Shown here: piece by piece, positions 1-8,526 of the stretch
Numbering within the stretch: position 1 is the first letter of the stretch
How the letters are laid out: each line of letters starts with the position of its first letter
NCBI RefSeq assembly: GCF_029937855.1
Contig: NZ_JAPYPC010000005.1
Coordinates: 54,616-118,615 of the forward strand
Direction of reading: 5' to 3'
DNA from: Christiangramia sp.
GTDB taxonomy: Bacteria; Bacteroidota; Bacteroidia; Flavobacteriales; Flavobacteriaceae
Length of the DNA: 64,000 nt
Translations under genes and position numbers: made by a program
The notes under the pieces: model-generated
Told to the model about the DNA's origin: nothing
Databases searched by the model: none
What the model saw: the letters and a program-made list of their open reading frames with translations, nothing else

Positions 1-539
1 AATTAACCTGTGAAGAAGCAGAAGTGGATGTGCCAAATATTTTTACTGAATTTGGTAGCTTCACTGTTGGAGAAAGCGGAGGAGCGATCTACGAAGTTTT
101 ATATCAGAAACAACAGAACGATCGCGAAAAATGGAATATGATAAATTCCTCTTTTATCACCACGCTGCCAGATACCTGGGCAATTAGCAAAAAATTTGTC
201 ATGCTCGCTGTAAATCGATGGAACGATGAATATGAAAGAGTGCTTCTAGGTGGTTTAACCTGTGATAGTGACGATTATTATAATTCTGAACAACATACCA
301 ATGCGATATACCTTCCAAAATTTAGAAAAGAGAAACCATTATATATAGGCTTCTTTAATACAGGAGCTTACCAGGATACGATTGGTGGATTTGGCGGATT
401 ACAGCATTGTTTAATTCCGCAGCCAAAACATATTTTGATAGACAGGGATAAAAATGATGAATTAACCACCAGATTATTCAGCGAACAGCAAAATTCAGAG
501 GATATGCTGAATATTTTGGGTTACGACAGAAACAATTAA
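1..539 (+). CDS. speA: Arginine decarboxylase, C-terminal part (5' end lies outside the window)
   Basis: Frame is open from position 3. Motifs GGLTCDSDDYY and FNTGAYQDTIGGFGGLQHCLIP match the group IV PLP decarboxylase C-terminal domain. Directly upstream of agmatinase. Confidence 0.9.
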   Translation, partial: LTCEEAEVDVPNIFTEFGSFTVGESGGAIYEVLYQKQQNDREKWNMINSSFITTLPDTWAISKKFVMLAVNRWNDEYERVLLGGLTCDSDDYYNSEQHTNAIYLPKFRKEKPLYIGFFNTGAYQDTIGGFGGLQHCLIPQPKHILIDRDKNDELTTRLFSEQQNSEDMLNILGYDRNN

Positions 540-585
540 TATTTTATAACTTTAAAAATCAACTAACTAATCAATTCAATTAGCC

Positions 586-1461
586 ATGAGCAAAAAGAAT
601 TATGCCGGGATACCCGATAAATACGCTCGTATAGACGAAGCAAAAGTGGTATTGATTCCTGTTCCCTACGATGGTACCAGTACCTGGCAAAAAGGCGCCG
701 ATAAAGGGCCTGATGCATTTTTAAACGCTTCAGAAAATATGGAGCTGTTTGATATCGAAACAAGAACAGAGGTGTATAAAAAAGGTATTTACCTGGCACC
801 TCCCGTTACTGAAGACACTTCTCCTGAAAAAATGGTAGAAGCAGTTTATAAAACGACCAAAAACTATATTAAACAAGACAAGTTTGTAACCTTGTTTGGA
901 GGAGAGCATTCTATTTCTATTGGAAGCATCAGGGCCTTTAATGAATCTTTTGAAGATCTAACAGTGGTGCAAATTGATGCCCATGCCGATCTAAGACCAG
1001 AGTATGAAGGTTCTAAATGTAATCATGCCTGTGCAGTTCATGAAGCCAGTAATACTGCCAACCTTATCCAGGTAGGAATTCGCTCCATGGATATTTCAGA
1101 AATGGATCATATGGATGAAAATCAGGTATATTTTGCTCATGACCTTTATGAAGACTGGCAGGATGATGCCATTGGCCAAATGACGCCAAACGTGTTTATA
1201 ACAATAGACCTGGATGCTTTTGACCCCAGCATCATGCCTTCTACGGGAACCCCGGAACCAGGAGGTTTATTCTGGTACGAAACCCTGGAATTTCTGAAGA
1301 TGATGTTCAAAAAGAAAAATGTTGTAGGCTTCGATATCGTAGAACTTTGCCCAAACGAAAATGAGAAATCTTCAGATTTCCTGGCGGCAAAACTCTATTA
1401 TAAGATGTTGAGCTACAAATTTAAATATCAAAATTACAACGAAGAAGACGAAGATGAGTAA
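586..1461 (+). CDS. speB: Agmatinase (ureohydrolase family)
   Basis: Mn-binding motifs GGEHS, DAHAD and DLDAFDPS; TPEPGG; adjacent to speA. Confidence 0.95.
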   Translation: MSKKNYAGIPDKYARIDEAKVVLIPVPYDGTSTWQKGADKGPDAFLNASENMELFDIETRTEVYKKGIYLAPPVTEDTSPEKMVEAVYKTTKNYIKQDKFVTLFGGEHSISIGSIRAFNESFEDLTVVQIDAHADLRPEYEGSKCNHACAVHEASNTANLIQVGIRSMDISEMDHMDENQVYFAHDLYEDWQDDAIGQMTPNVFITIDLDAFDPSIMPSTGTPEPGGLFWYETLEFLKMMFKKKNVVGFDIVELCPNENEKSSDFLAAKLYYKMLSYKFKYQNYNEEDEDE

Positions 1462-2425
1462 AGGACAGATATCTCAATTCATTGAGAAATATTATTTACA
1501 TTTTAATGCCGCAGCTCTCGTAGATGCAGCTAAAGATTACGAAAAGCAACTGGAAGGCGGTTCAAAAATGCTGGTTTCTTTAGCCGGTGCTATGAGTACT
1601 GCTGAAATAGGGAAGATCTTTGCAGAGATGATACGTCAGGATAAGGTTCATATTGTTTCCTGTACCGGTGCAAACCTGGAAGAAGATGTAATGAACCTTG
1701 TAGCACATTCGCATTATAAAAGGGTTCCAAACTATCGTGACCTTACTCCACAGGAGGAATGGGATCTTTTGGAAAAAGGACTCAATCGTGTAACCGACAC
1801 CTGTATTCCCGAAGAAGAAGCTTTCAGAAGGATACAGGAGCATATTTTCAAGATTTGGAAAGATGCTGAAGAAAAAGGAGAACGTTATTTCCCGCATGAA
1901 TTCCTTCATAAACTGCTTTTAAGCGGAGTGATGGAAGAGCATTATGAAATAGATCTTAAAGATTCATGGATGTATGCCGCTGCAGAAAAGAACCTGCCCA
2001 TGGTAGTTCCGGGTTGGGAAGACTCTACGCTTGGAAATATTTTCGCCTCTTACGTTTTAAAAGGTGAATTAAAAGCCAGCACGATGAAATCTGGTATCGA
2101 ATATATGACCTTCCTTGCCGACTGGTATACAGACAATTCTGAAAACGGGATTGGTTTCTTCCAGATTGGCGGCGGTATTGCAGGTGATTTCCCAATTTGC
2201 GTAGTTCCTATGTTATACCAGGATATGGAAAGAACAGACACTCCTTTCTGGAGCTATTTCTGCCAGATCTCAGATTCTACGACTAGTTACGGTTCATATT
2301 CCGGAGCGGTCCCAAATGAAAAGATAACCTGGGGAAAATTAGATATTAACACTCCAAAACATATCATTGAAAGTGATGCAACCATTGTTGCCCCCCTGGT
2401 TTTTGCGTATTTACTGGATATGTAA
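1454..2425 (+). CDS. Deoxyhypusine synthase-like protein (probable homospermidine/aminobutyl-transfer enzyme)
   Basis: Motifs SLAGAMSTAE, TGANLEED, GGGIAGDF and SYSGAVPNEKITWGK (catalytic Lys position kept). Overlaps the speB stop. Confidence 0.9.
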   Translation: MSKGQISQFIEKYYLHFNAAALVDAAKDYEKQLEGGSKMLVSLAGAMSTAEIGKIFAEMIRQDKVHIVSCTGANLEEDVMNLVAHSHYKRVPNYRDLTPQEEWDLLEKGLNRVTDTCIPEEEAFRRIQEHIFKIWKDAEEKGERYFPHEFLHKLLLSGVMEEHYEIDLKDSWMYAAAEKNLPMVVPGWEDSTLGNIFASYVLKGELKASTMKSGIEYMTFLADWYTDNSENGIGFFQIGGGIAGDFPICVVPMLYQDMERTDTPFWSYFCQISDSTTSYGSYSGAVPNEKITWGKLDINTPKHIIESDATIVAPLVFAYLLDM

Positions 2426-2448
2426 TTAACAAATAATTACCGGAATTT

Positions 2449-2494
2449 AAAGCTGTTCAATGCGTCTTTATGACTAATATTGAACAGCTTTTTT
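2449..2494 (+). terminator. Intrinsic terminator after the speA-speB-DHS-like operon
   Basis: Perfect 13-bp inverted repeat AAAGCTGTTCAAT (2449-2461) / ATTGAACAGCTTT (2479-2491), running into a T tract. Confidence 0.75.
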
Positions 2495-2505
2495 AATTTA
2501 GGTTT

Positions 2506-3153
2506 ATGGAAAACTGGCCAATTTTCGCCATAGGATTTTTAGCTCAATTGTTATTTTCAGCCAGGCTTATTTCGCAATGGTTTCTTTCTGAAAAATCAAA
2601 AAAAGTAGAAACTCCTGTCTTATTTTGGAAACTGAGCCTGCTCGCATCCATTTTACTTTTCACTTATGGATATTTGCGCGAAGACTTCGCCATCATGCTG
2701 GGCCAGTTCCTAATTTATGGGATATACTGGCGCAACCTGCATTTAATGGGAGAATGGCATAAGAGGAATATTTTGTTTAAAGTGCTCGTAATTATTTTTC
2801 CATTTGCCATTACCGCCTACATACTTTTCTTCGGAAGTTTAGAATGGAGCGATCTTTTTACTGCGGAAAATATATCAGGATGGCTCATCGCCCTGGGAAT
2901 AGTAGGTCAGATGGTTTACACTTCACGATTTTTTTACCAGTGGTATCATTCTGAAAAGGAACAGAAATCTTCCCTCCCCATGGGGTTTTGGGAATTAAGT
3001 CTGATGGGTTCCATTCTTCTTTTTACCTACGGAATTTTCAGAGATGACCCGGTTTTGGTAGCGGCCCACTTTTTTGGAGGTATCATTTATATTAGAGACA
3101 TGTATCTTTTAAAGAATTCTGATAAACAGGTTGGCGAGAAGATTCGTCGATAA
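2506..3153 (+). CDS. Lipid-A-disaccharide synthase N-terminal (LAB_N) domain membrane protein, two repeats
   Basis: Two internal repeats, GFLAQLLFSARLISQW..SEK..FWKLSL and GIVGQMVYTSRFFYQW..SEK..FWELSL; hydrophobic throughout. Confidence 0.85.
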   Translation: MENWPIFAIGFLAQLLFSARLISQWFLSEKSKKVETPVLFWKLSLLASILLFTYGYLREDFAIMLGQFLIYGIYWRNLHLMGEWHKRNILFKVLVIIFPFAITAYILFFGSLEWSDLFTAENISGWLIALGIVGQMVYTSRFFYQWYHSEKEQKSSLPMGFWELSLMGSILLFTYGIFRDDPVLVAAHFFGGIIYIRDMYLLKNSDKQVGEKIRR

Positions 3154-3251
3154 AATATTTATTGCAAATTTAATTTTTCGAAAATCAGAGACAGGAGATT
3201 TCAGCAACTAAGAGGTTATGATGAAAAATAATCTTCCTTATAGACATTTAA

Positions 3252-4679
3252 TTATGCGCTGACCGTTTTCTTCCTATCCTCGGTAATTTCATAGAGAAAA
3301 TAACCGATTACCAGTAAATATTCCATAGTGATTAACCAGTAATTTTCCTGATATTCTGTATTAGAATAGGCAAAATAACTAAGCATCACGGTTGCAGACC
3401 AAACTATCATATACTTATAGTGCGTAAAAATGCTTAAAATTAAAGGAATGGCCAGGTACCAGGGATGCACAGTGGTAGATAGCAGAAGATAAATACTCAC
3501 CGCAAAAAGCATATTTTTAATAAGCTGCTGTGTGTTTTGATATTTTCGAAAGAATGTGAAGCCAAAAATGACCAGCACCGTGATCAATGGTAATATTTTG
3601 CCCACAGTTTCAATAATATTATAACCTTTTACCTGAAAGCCAATCCAGCGAATAATATAATATACACTGGCATTGAATTCAAATTTGCCAAACCACAGGC
3701 CTATGCTTGCTAAAAAGTTGGAAACTACTTCAGCAGAATAAAATGGCAGGAATGAGACCAGGACTGTGGCCAGGCATATGAGGTAATAAAGAATCAACTT
3801 CCAAATACCGTCTATTCTTCGACTGCGCTCAGGATGACTGGTATCGGAGTCAAAACCATTTTTTAAGCTTGTCTGGCTGAGCGTAGTCGAAGACTTAAAA
3901 TAATATTTAAAAAGCAAAGGCAGCAACATCAATGGCAGCAATTTGATAGATATTGATAATCCAAGGCTAATTGCACTTACAAACCATTTCGCTTTATGCA
4001 ATAAATAAATGGAAAGTACCAGAAAAAATACCATCACGGCTTCAAAATGCAGGTTTCCGGTCATCTCAATGATAATAAACGGGTTCAGGATATACCAGAA
4101 GATTTGATGTTCGGGAAGTCCGAGAGATTTCAAGAGTTTTCTTCCGAAGAATAGAGTTCCAAAATCGGCAAGAATAATAATTATCCTAAAGATTATTACA
4201 GCGCCCAGTATACTTTTTGCTGAAAGCCAGCCGGCAATGGCAAATATTAACTGATTAAAAGCCGCGTAATTTGAATAATGGCCCGCGCTGAGGCTTCCCA
4301 TGCCATTAAACAATTCCAAAGCCTGAGAAATGTTTAGATTGGGATCTTGGATAAGTTGATCGGGGACAAACTCATAGGGATTTATACCCGAAGTTATAAA
4401 TCTTCCATCCCAAATAAACCTGAAATAATCCTGAGAAAGCATGGGTATAGCCAAAATGAAAACCAATCTGAATGCCAATGCGAGGCCTGCCAGAAACCAA
4501 AAATTATGTTTCTGCATCTGGATGAGTTTAAAACTCAGGTAAAAAACGGCGGCATATATGCCAATAAGTTTAAAGAAATCTGATCTTTCCAGGGCATAGG
4601 CAAAGCTGAAATAAAATGCAATGCAGGAAAGGCTTAAAAGAATAGGAAATTTATAGAGCTTCAGAATTTTAAGACTCAT
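3252..4679 (-). CDS. Polytopic GT-C fold glycosyltransferase (GT87/DUF2029-like, 'mannosyltransferase')
   Basis: Multi-TM protein with LSQDYFRFIWDG in the first loop, plus WYILNPF, GNLHFE and TTVHPWY motifs. Confidence 0.8.
   Translation of the reverse strand: MSLKILKLYKFPILLSLSCIAFYFSFAYALERSDFFKLIGIYAAVFYLSFKLIQMQKHNFWFLAGLALAFRLVFILAIPMLSQDYFRFIWDGRFITSGINPYEFVPDQLIQDPNLNISQALELFNGMGSLSAGHYSNYAAFNQLIFAIAGWLSAKSILGAVIIFRIIIILADFGTLFFGRKLLKSLGLPEHQIFWYILNPFIIIEMTGNLHFEAVMVFFLVLSIYLLHKAKWFVSAISLGLSISIKLLPLMLLPLLFKYYFKSSTTLSQTSLKNGFDSDTSHPERSRRIDGIWKLILYYLICLATVLVSFLPFYSAEVVSNFLASIGLWFGKFEFNASVYYIIRWIGFQVKGYNIIETVGKILPLITVLVIFGFTFFRKYQNTQQLIKNMLFAVSIYLLLSTTVHPWYLAIPLILSIFTHYKYMIVWSATVMLSYFAYSNTEYQENYWLITMEYLLVIGYFLYEITEDRKKTVSA
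3816..3893. repeat. 78-bp REP-like palindromic element inserted in-frame in the GT-C gene
   Basis: Arms TCTTCGACTGCGCTCAG (3816-3832) and CTGAGCGTAGTCGAAGA (3877-3893) form a 17-bp inverted repeat with one mismatch. Length is exactly 26 codons, translating to SSTTLSQTSLKNGFDSDTSHPERSRR. Confidence 0.8.
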
Positions 4680-4707
4680 GGACAGGCTTGGTTTCCTGCT
4701 AAAATAG

Positions 4708-6180
4708 TTAAACTTCTGATCTTATACTTTTGAAGAACACAAAACCAAAACCAGAAAAAAGCATTAAATGGAATATTAAAAGTCCAAAATCGTTCAGCTT
4801 AAATGCACTATAAATCGCAAACCCAAAATAGATAAAGAGAAGACCTTCAATTATCACATTTTTAGAGAAACGGTTTTTTAAATAGCTATTCCCTTTCCAG
4901 GTATCTTTTATGGAGTTAATATTAAATTTGGGAGTCCTGATGAACTCTGAGCGCTTCCCAAAATGACCTTCCAGAACTGCCAGTGTATTATGGACGGAGA
5001 AACCCATCGCAATAGAAAAAAAGGTAATAAACATCCCCACAAACTTAAAAAAGCTCCTTATACTTTTGCCGTGAATCCGGGCATAGGCCGTATAGTAGCA
5101 TGCAAAAAAGATCAGAGTGCTCATGGCAAAACCGGCTATTACATTAAAATACCAGTCAAAAGCTGGGTTGTTATGTTTAATATATAAAACAGGAACGCTA
5201 AGCACAGCAAGTAATAATACTATTAAAAACATACTGGAATTGAGCAGATGAAAAAAACCATGAAATTTGGTACTAAACGAAACCGATCTATCTCTAAGAA
5301 GTTTTCCGTAATTCTTTTTGAAATTCTCTGCCGCTCCTTTATTCCACCTAAACTGCTGACTCCTGGCCGCGCTGATCACCACAGGTAATTCAGCCGGGGT
5401 TTCCACATTTTCTAAATATTTGAACTCCCAGTTTTTCAACTGTGCCCGATAACTAAGGTCCAGGTCTTCTGTCAACGTATCGCCGCTCCAGTTCCCGGCA
5501 TCAAGTATACATTCTTTCCGCCAGATCCCTGCAGTTCCGTTGAAATTAATAAAATTTCGACCGAAATTTCGACCGGTCTGTTCGAGAATAAAGTGAAAAT
5601 CCAGTGCAAAAGCCTGAATCCTGGTAAGCAAAGAATAATCCCTGTTTAAATGTCCCCAACGGGTTTGTACCACCCCAATTTTTTTATTTTTAAAATAGGG
5701 TAGCGTTTCCATCAACCAGTTTCTACCCGGCACAAAATCTGAATCAAAAACTGCGATAAATTCACCTTTTGCAATTTTCAATCCTTCTTTTAAGGCACCG
5801 GCTTTAAATCCGGTTCGCTTTTCCCTTCTTATATGCTGAATATCGAGTCCGGAACCTTGAAGTTCCTTAATAATTTCAGAAGTCTTTTGAATGGAATGAT
5901 CTGTAGAGTCATCCAGTACCTGGATTTCCAATTTATCTTTTGGGTACCTGATCTTTCCTATGTTTTTCAGCAATCTTTCCACTACATAATATTCATTATA
6001 AAGTGGAAGCTGAATAGTCACCGCAGGCAATTCTTCCGTAGAAAAATCAAACTTTTCAGCATCATCTGTGGTTTTGGTAGCTTTTAGGTAATTGATGAGT
6101 AAGTGAAGCTGGGACAGGCTGTAAATAAATATAACAAGTAAGGCAAGGGTGTAAATTATGATTACCGCTAAATCTATCAT
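4708..6180 (-). CDS. Cellulose-synthase-like processive GT2 (CslA/CesA-like)
   Basis: D,D,D,QxxRW signature: VLDDSTD, FKAGAL, VFDSD, TEDLDLS, QQFRWNKG. One N-terminal and several C-terminal TM helices. Confidence 0.9.
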   Translation of the reverse strand: MIDLAVIIIYTLALLVIFIYSLSQLHLLINYLKATKTTDDAEKFDFSTEELPAVTIQLPLYNEYYVVERLLKNIGKIRYPKDKLEIQVLDDSTDHSIQKTSEIIKELQGSGLDIQHIRREKRTGFKAGALKEGLKIAKGEFIAVFDSDFVPGRNWLMETLPYFKNKKIGVVQTRWGHLNRDYSLLTRIQAFALDFHFILEQTGRNFGRNFINFNGTAGIWRKECILDAGNWSGDTLTEDLDLSYRAQLKNWEFKYLENVETPAELPVVISAARSQQFRWNKGAAENFKKNYGKLLRDRSVSFSTKFHGFFHLLNSSMFLIVLLLAVLSVPVLYIKHNNPAFDWYFNVIAGFAMSTLIFFACYYTAYARIHGKSIRSFFKFVGMFITFFSIAMGFSVHNTLAVLEGHFGKRSEFIRTPKFNINSIKDTWKGNSYLKNRFSKNVIIEGLLFIYFGFAIYSAFKLNDFGLLIFHLMLFSGFGFVFFKSIRSEV

Positions 6181-6866
6181 TTAAAACTATATTTAAAAAT
6201 CCAACCAAGAATCTTCACGCCTGCAAAGATAGCACCTTTGATTGTTCCTGAAACTTTTGATACGCCAATCCTGTTTTTATAATGCACAGGAATCTCAACA
6301 TAGCTTAGGTTTTGTCGTAAAGCCTTCAATTGCATTTCAACCGTCCAGCCATAAGTTTTATCTTCCATCTCCAGCTGCAGTAATTTTTTGTATTTAATTG
6401 CTCTAAAAGGGCCGAGATCTGTAAACCTGGAATTAAATAATAACTTCATTAAGCTGGTGGCCAATTTATTCCCGAAGATCTGAGGAAAAGTCATCGAACC
6501 TTTCTCCCTCCATTTTTTTACCCTCGCACCCACTACAAAATCTTTATTTTCTTCTAAAATAGGCTGAATGATTTTATCCAATTCTTCAGGATGATCTGAA
6601 TAATCCCCATCAAGAAATACGATAATATCAGGTTTCTTGTTTTGTTTTGAAATATAGTCCAGACCTTTTAAACAGGCATAACCATAGCCTTTTCGAGATT
6701 CCGAAAGTACCGTGGCACCTGCATTTTCAGCATTGATCTCGGTTTTATCAGTAGAATTATTGCTTACTACGATAACCTCATCCACAAAATCGGGGATTTT
6801 TTTAATTACATGAGTAATTGATTCTGCTTCATTAAAAGCAGGGATAATAACCTTGATAAGAGGCAT
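6177..6866 (-). CDS. GT2 family glycosyltransferase (DPM1/polyprenol-phosphate transferase-like)
   Basis: Motifs VIIPAFNE, GYGYAC, FLDGD and FTDLGPFRAI. Probable start MPLIKV at 6866; the ORF track starts at 6881. Confidence 0.9.
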   Translation of the reverse strand: MPLIKVIIPAFNEAESITHVIKKIPDFVDEVIVVSNNSTDKTEINAENAGATVLSESRKGYGYACLKGLDYISKQNKKPDIIVFLDGDYSDHPEELDKIIQPILEENKDFVVGARVKKWREKGSMTFPQIFGNKLATSLMKLLFNSRFTDLGPFRAIKYKKLLQLEMEDKTYGWTVEMQLKALRQNLSYVEIPVHYKNRIGVSKVSGTIKGAIFAGVKILGWIFKYSFK

Positions 6867-6928
6867 TGGGGAGGTTTGCAAAATTCAGTATTTAATAGGA
6901 AGTGCGAAAATAGGCTATTCCTTCTATC

Positions 6929-8524
6929 TTATTTGGTCTTTTGCTTGATCAAATCCAGCAGGTCCACATTATCACCTAAAACGCCTTCTTCAGAATCTAT
7001 TCTGTTTTTTGGAGATCCATTTTCAAGTTTCAAAACACCTCTTGGACATACCGCAGAACATATTCCACAGCCAACACAACTGGATCTTACGATATTCTGA
7101 CCTTTCTGAGCATATGCCCTCACATCGATTCCCATTTCGCAATATGTAGAACAGTTTCCGCAGGAAATACATTGCCCTCCATTGGTGGTAATTCTAAATT
7201 TTGAAAATAAGCGTTGCTGCATTCCAAGAACGGCAGCCATGGGGCAGCCAAACCTGCACCAAACCCGGTTACCGAAGATTGGATAGAAGCCTGTACCAAT
7301 AACTCCGCTAAATATCGCTCCAATTAAGAAACCATAAGTCGCTCTTAAACTTTCAGCATTAAAAAGGAATAAATTTACTCCGCTAAAATAGTGGAGCCCT
7401 ATTAAGGCAAGGATAATTACCAAATAACCTATGGCTCCATACCTGGCATCTTTTTCTAATTCTTCTCTCTTAAAATACCAAATCCCTGCAAATAAAAGCG
7501 TGAGAAATACACCTACGCCAATTAAAAAACTGTCCCTGGTTAGCCAGTATTTAGAAGGATCGTCTCCCAGGTAAGAATAGACCACAGCCGTGGTCATCAC
7601 CACCACAAATACTAATACACTGTGTACCACCCATCTTTCTACTCTCCATGCAAACTGACTTTTATCTGAAAGATGGCGATAGGGATCTCCAGCCGTTTCC
7701 GCTAATCCACCGCAACCACAAACCCAGCTACAATACCAGCGTTTCCCGTATTTATAAGTTAAAATAGGAGTAATAATAAAAATGGAAGCAATTCCGAAAA
7801 GTAATAAAGCAATACCGATGGTGCCCGCTGAAATAAATTCATCAACGCGATATTGTTCAAAATTATAATAATTAAGCGGCCAAATATTTTTCAGGTCGTA
7901 ATAAGGCAAAGAGAAACCTTCACCGTTGAGCCTGGCCATAAACTCCGGAATTAAGAATGCGAAAGAGGTTTGAAAGAACATTACCGAATATGTCCTTATT
8001 TTCTCATAGCGGTTATGCCGGTATTTCCACAAAAATTTCACACCAAAGGCTGTAATAGCAATAGTATAAAGCGTTCCATACACAAACCACTGGCTTGCCG
8101 GTTCGCCGCTCAAAAGTTTACTTAAAGGATCAAACAAAGCGATTAAGCCTACATTATCCCCCTCTTCCCTTAAACCTAAATATTCAGGAAAAAAATAAAG
8201 GATCACATAAAAGCCGGTAAGGGAAATTCCTGCAAGCCAGGCGAGATAACCTCTATTGCTCATAGACTTAAACCATACCCCGTCATTCTTGATCCCCGGG
8301 TGTGTTCCCGAATAAGCAGCCTGTGCGAACCACACAATTCCCCCTATTATGGAAAGTAAAGCAATACTTAGCCAGAGTGTTTTATTGGGAAAGCTAACAT
8401 TCAAAGAAGCAAGTAAAAGGATAATAAGTCCCGACACTCCTAAGAGGCTTGCAATTTTTTGTTGGGTATTAATAGATTTTGGGGCGTCACCGGTTAGCGA
8501 CATATTATGTTCTATTCTGCTCAT
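6929..8524 (-). CDS. Polytopic membrane protein with 4Fe-4S clusters (NapH/YccM-like ferredoxin-type)
   Basis: Many TM helices; CSWVCGCG and CRFGCP membrane Cys motifs; C-terminal 2x[4Fe-4S] domain CISCGNCSTYCE / CVGCGICSAVCP. Confidence 0.85.
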   Translation of the reverse strand: MSRIEHNMSLTGDAPKSINTQQKIASLLGVSGLIILLLASLNVSFPNKTLWLSIALLSIIGGIVWFAQAAYSGTHPGIKNDGVWFKSMSNRGYLAWLAGISLTGFYVILYFFPEYLGLREEGDNVGLIALFDPLSKLLSGEPASQWFVYGTLYTIAITAFGVKFLWKYRHNRYEKIRTYSVMFFQTSFAFLIPEFMARLNGEGFSLPYYDLKNIWPLNYYNFEQYRVDEFISAGTIGIALLLFGIASIFIITPILTYKYGKRWYCSWVCGCGGLAETAGDPYRHLSDKSQFAWRVERWVVHSVLVFVVVMTTAVVYSYLGDDPSKYWLTRDSFLIGVGVFLTLLFAGIWYFKREELEKDARYGAIGYLVIILALIGLHYFSGVNLFLFNAESLRATYGFLIGAIFSGVIGTGFYPIFGNRVWCRFGCPMAAVLGMQQRLFSKFRITTNGGQCISCGNCSTYCEMGIDVRAYAQKGQNIVRSSCVGCGICSAVCPRGVLKLENGSPKNRIDSEEGVLGDNVDLLDLIKQKTK

Positions 8525-8526
8525 TT

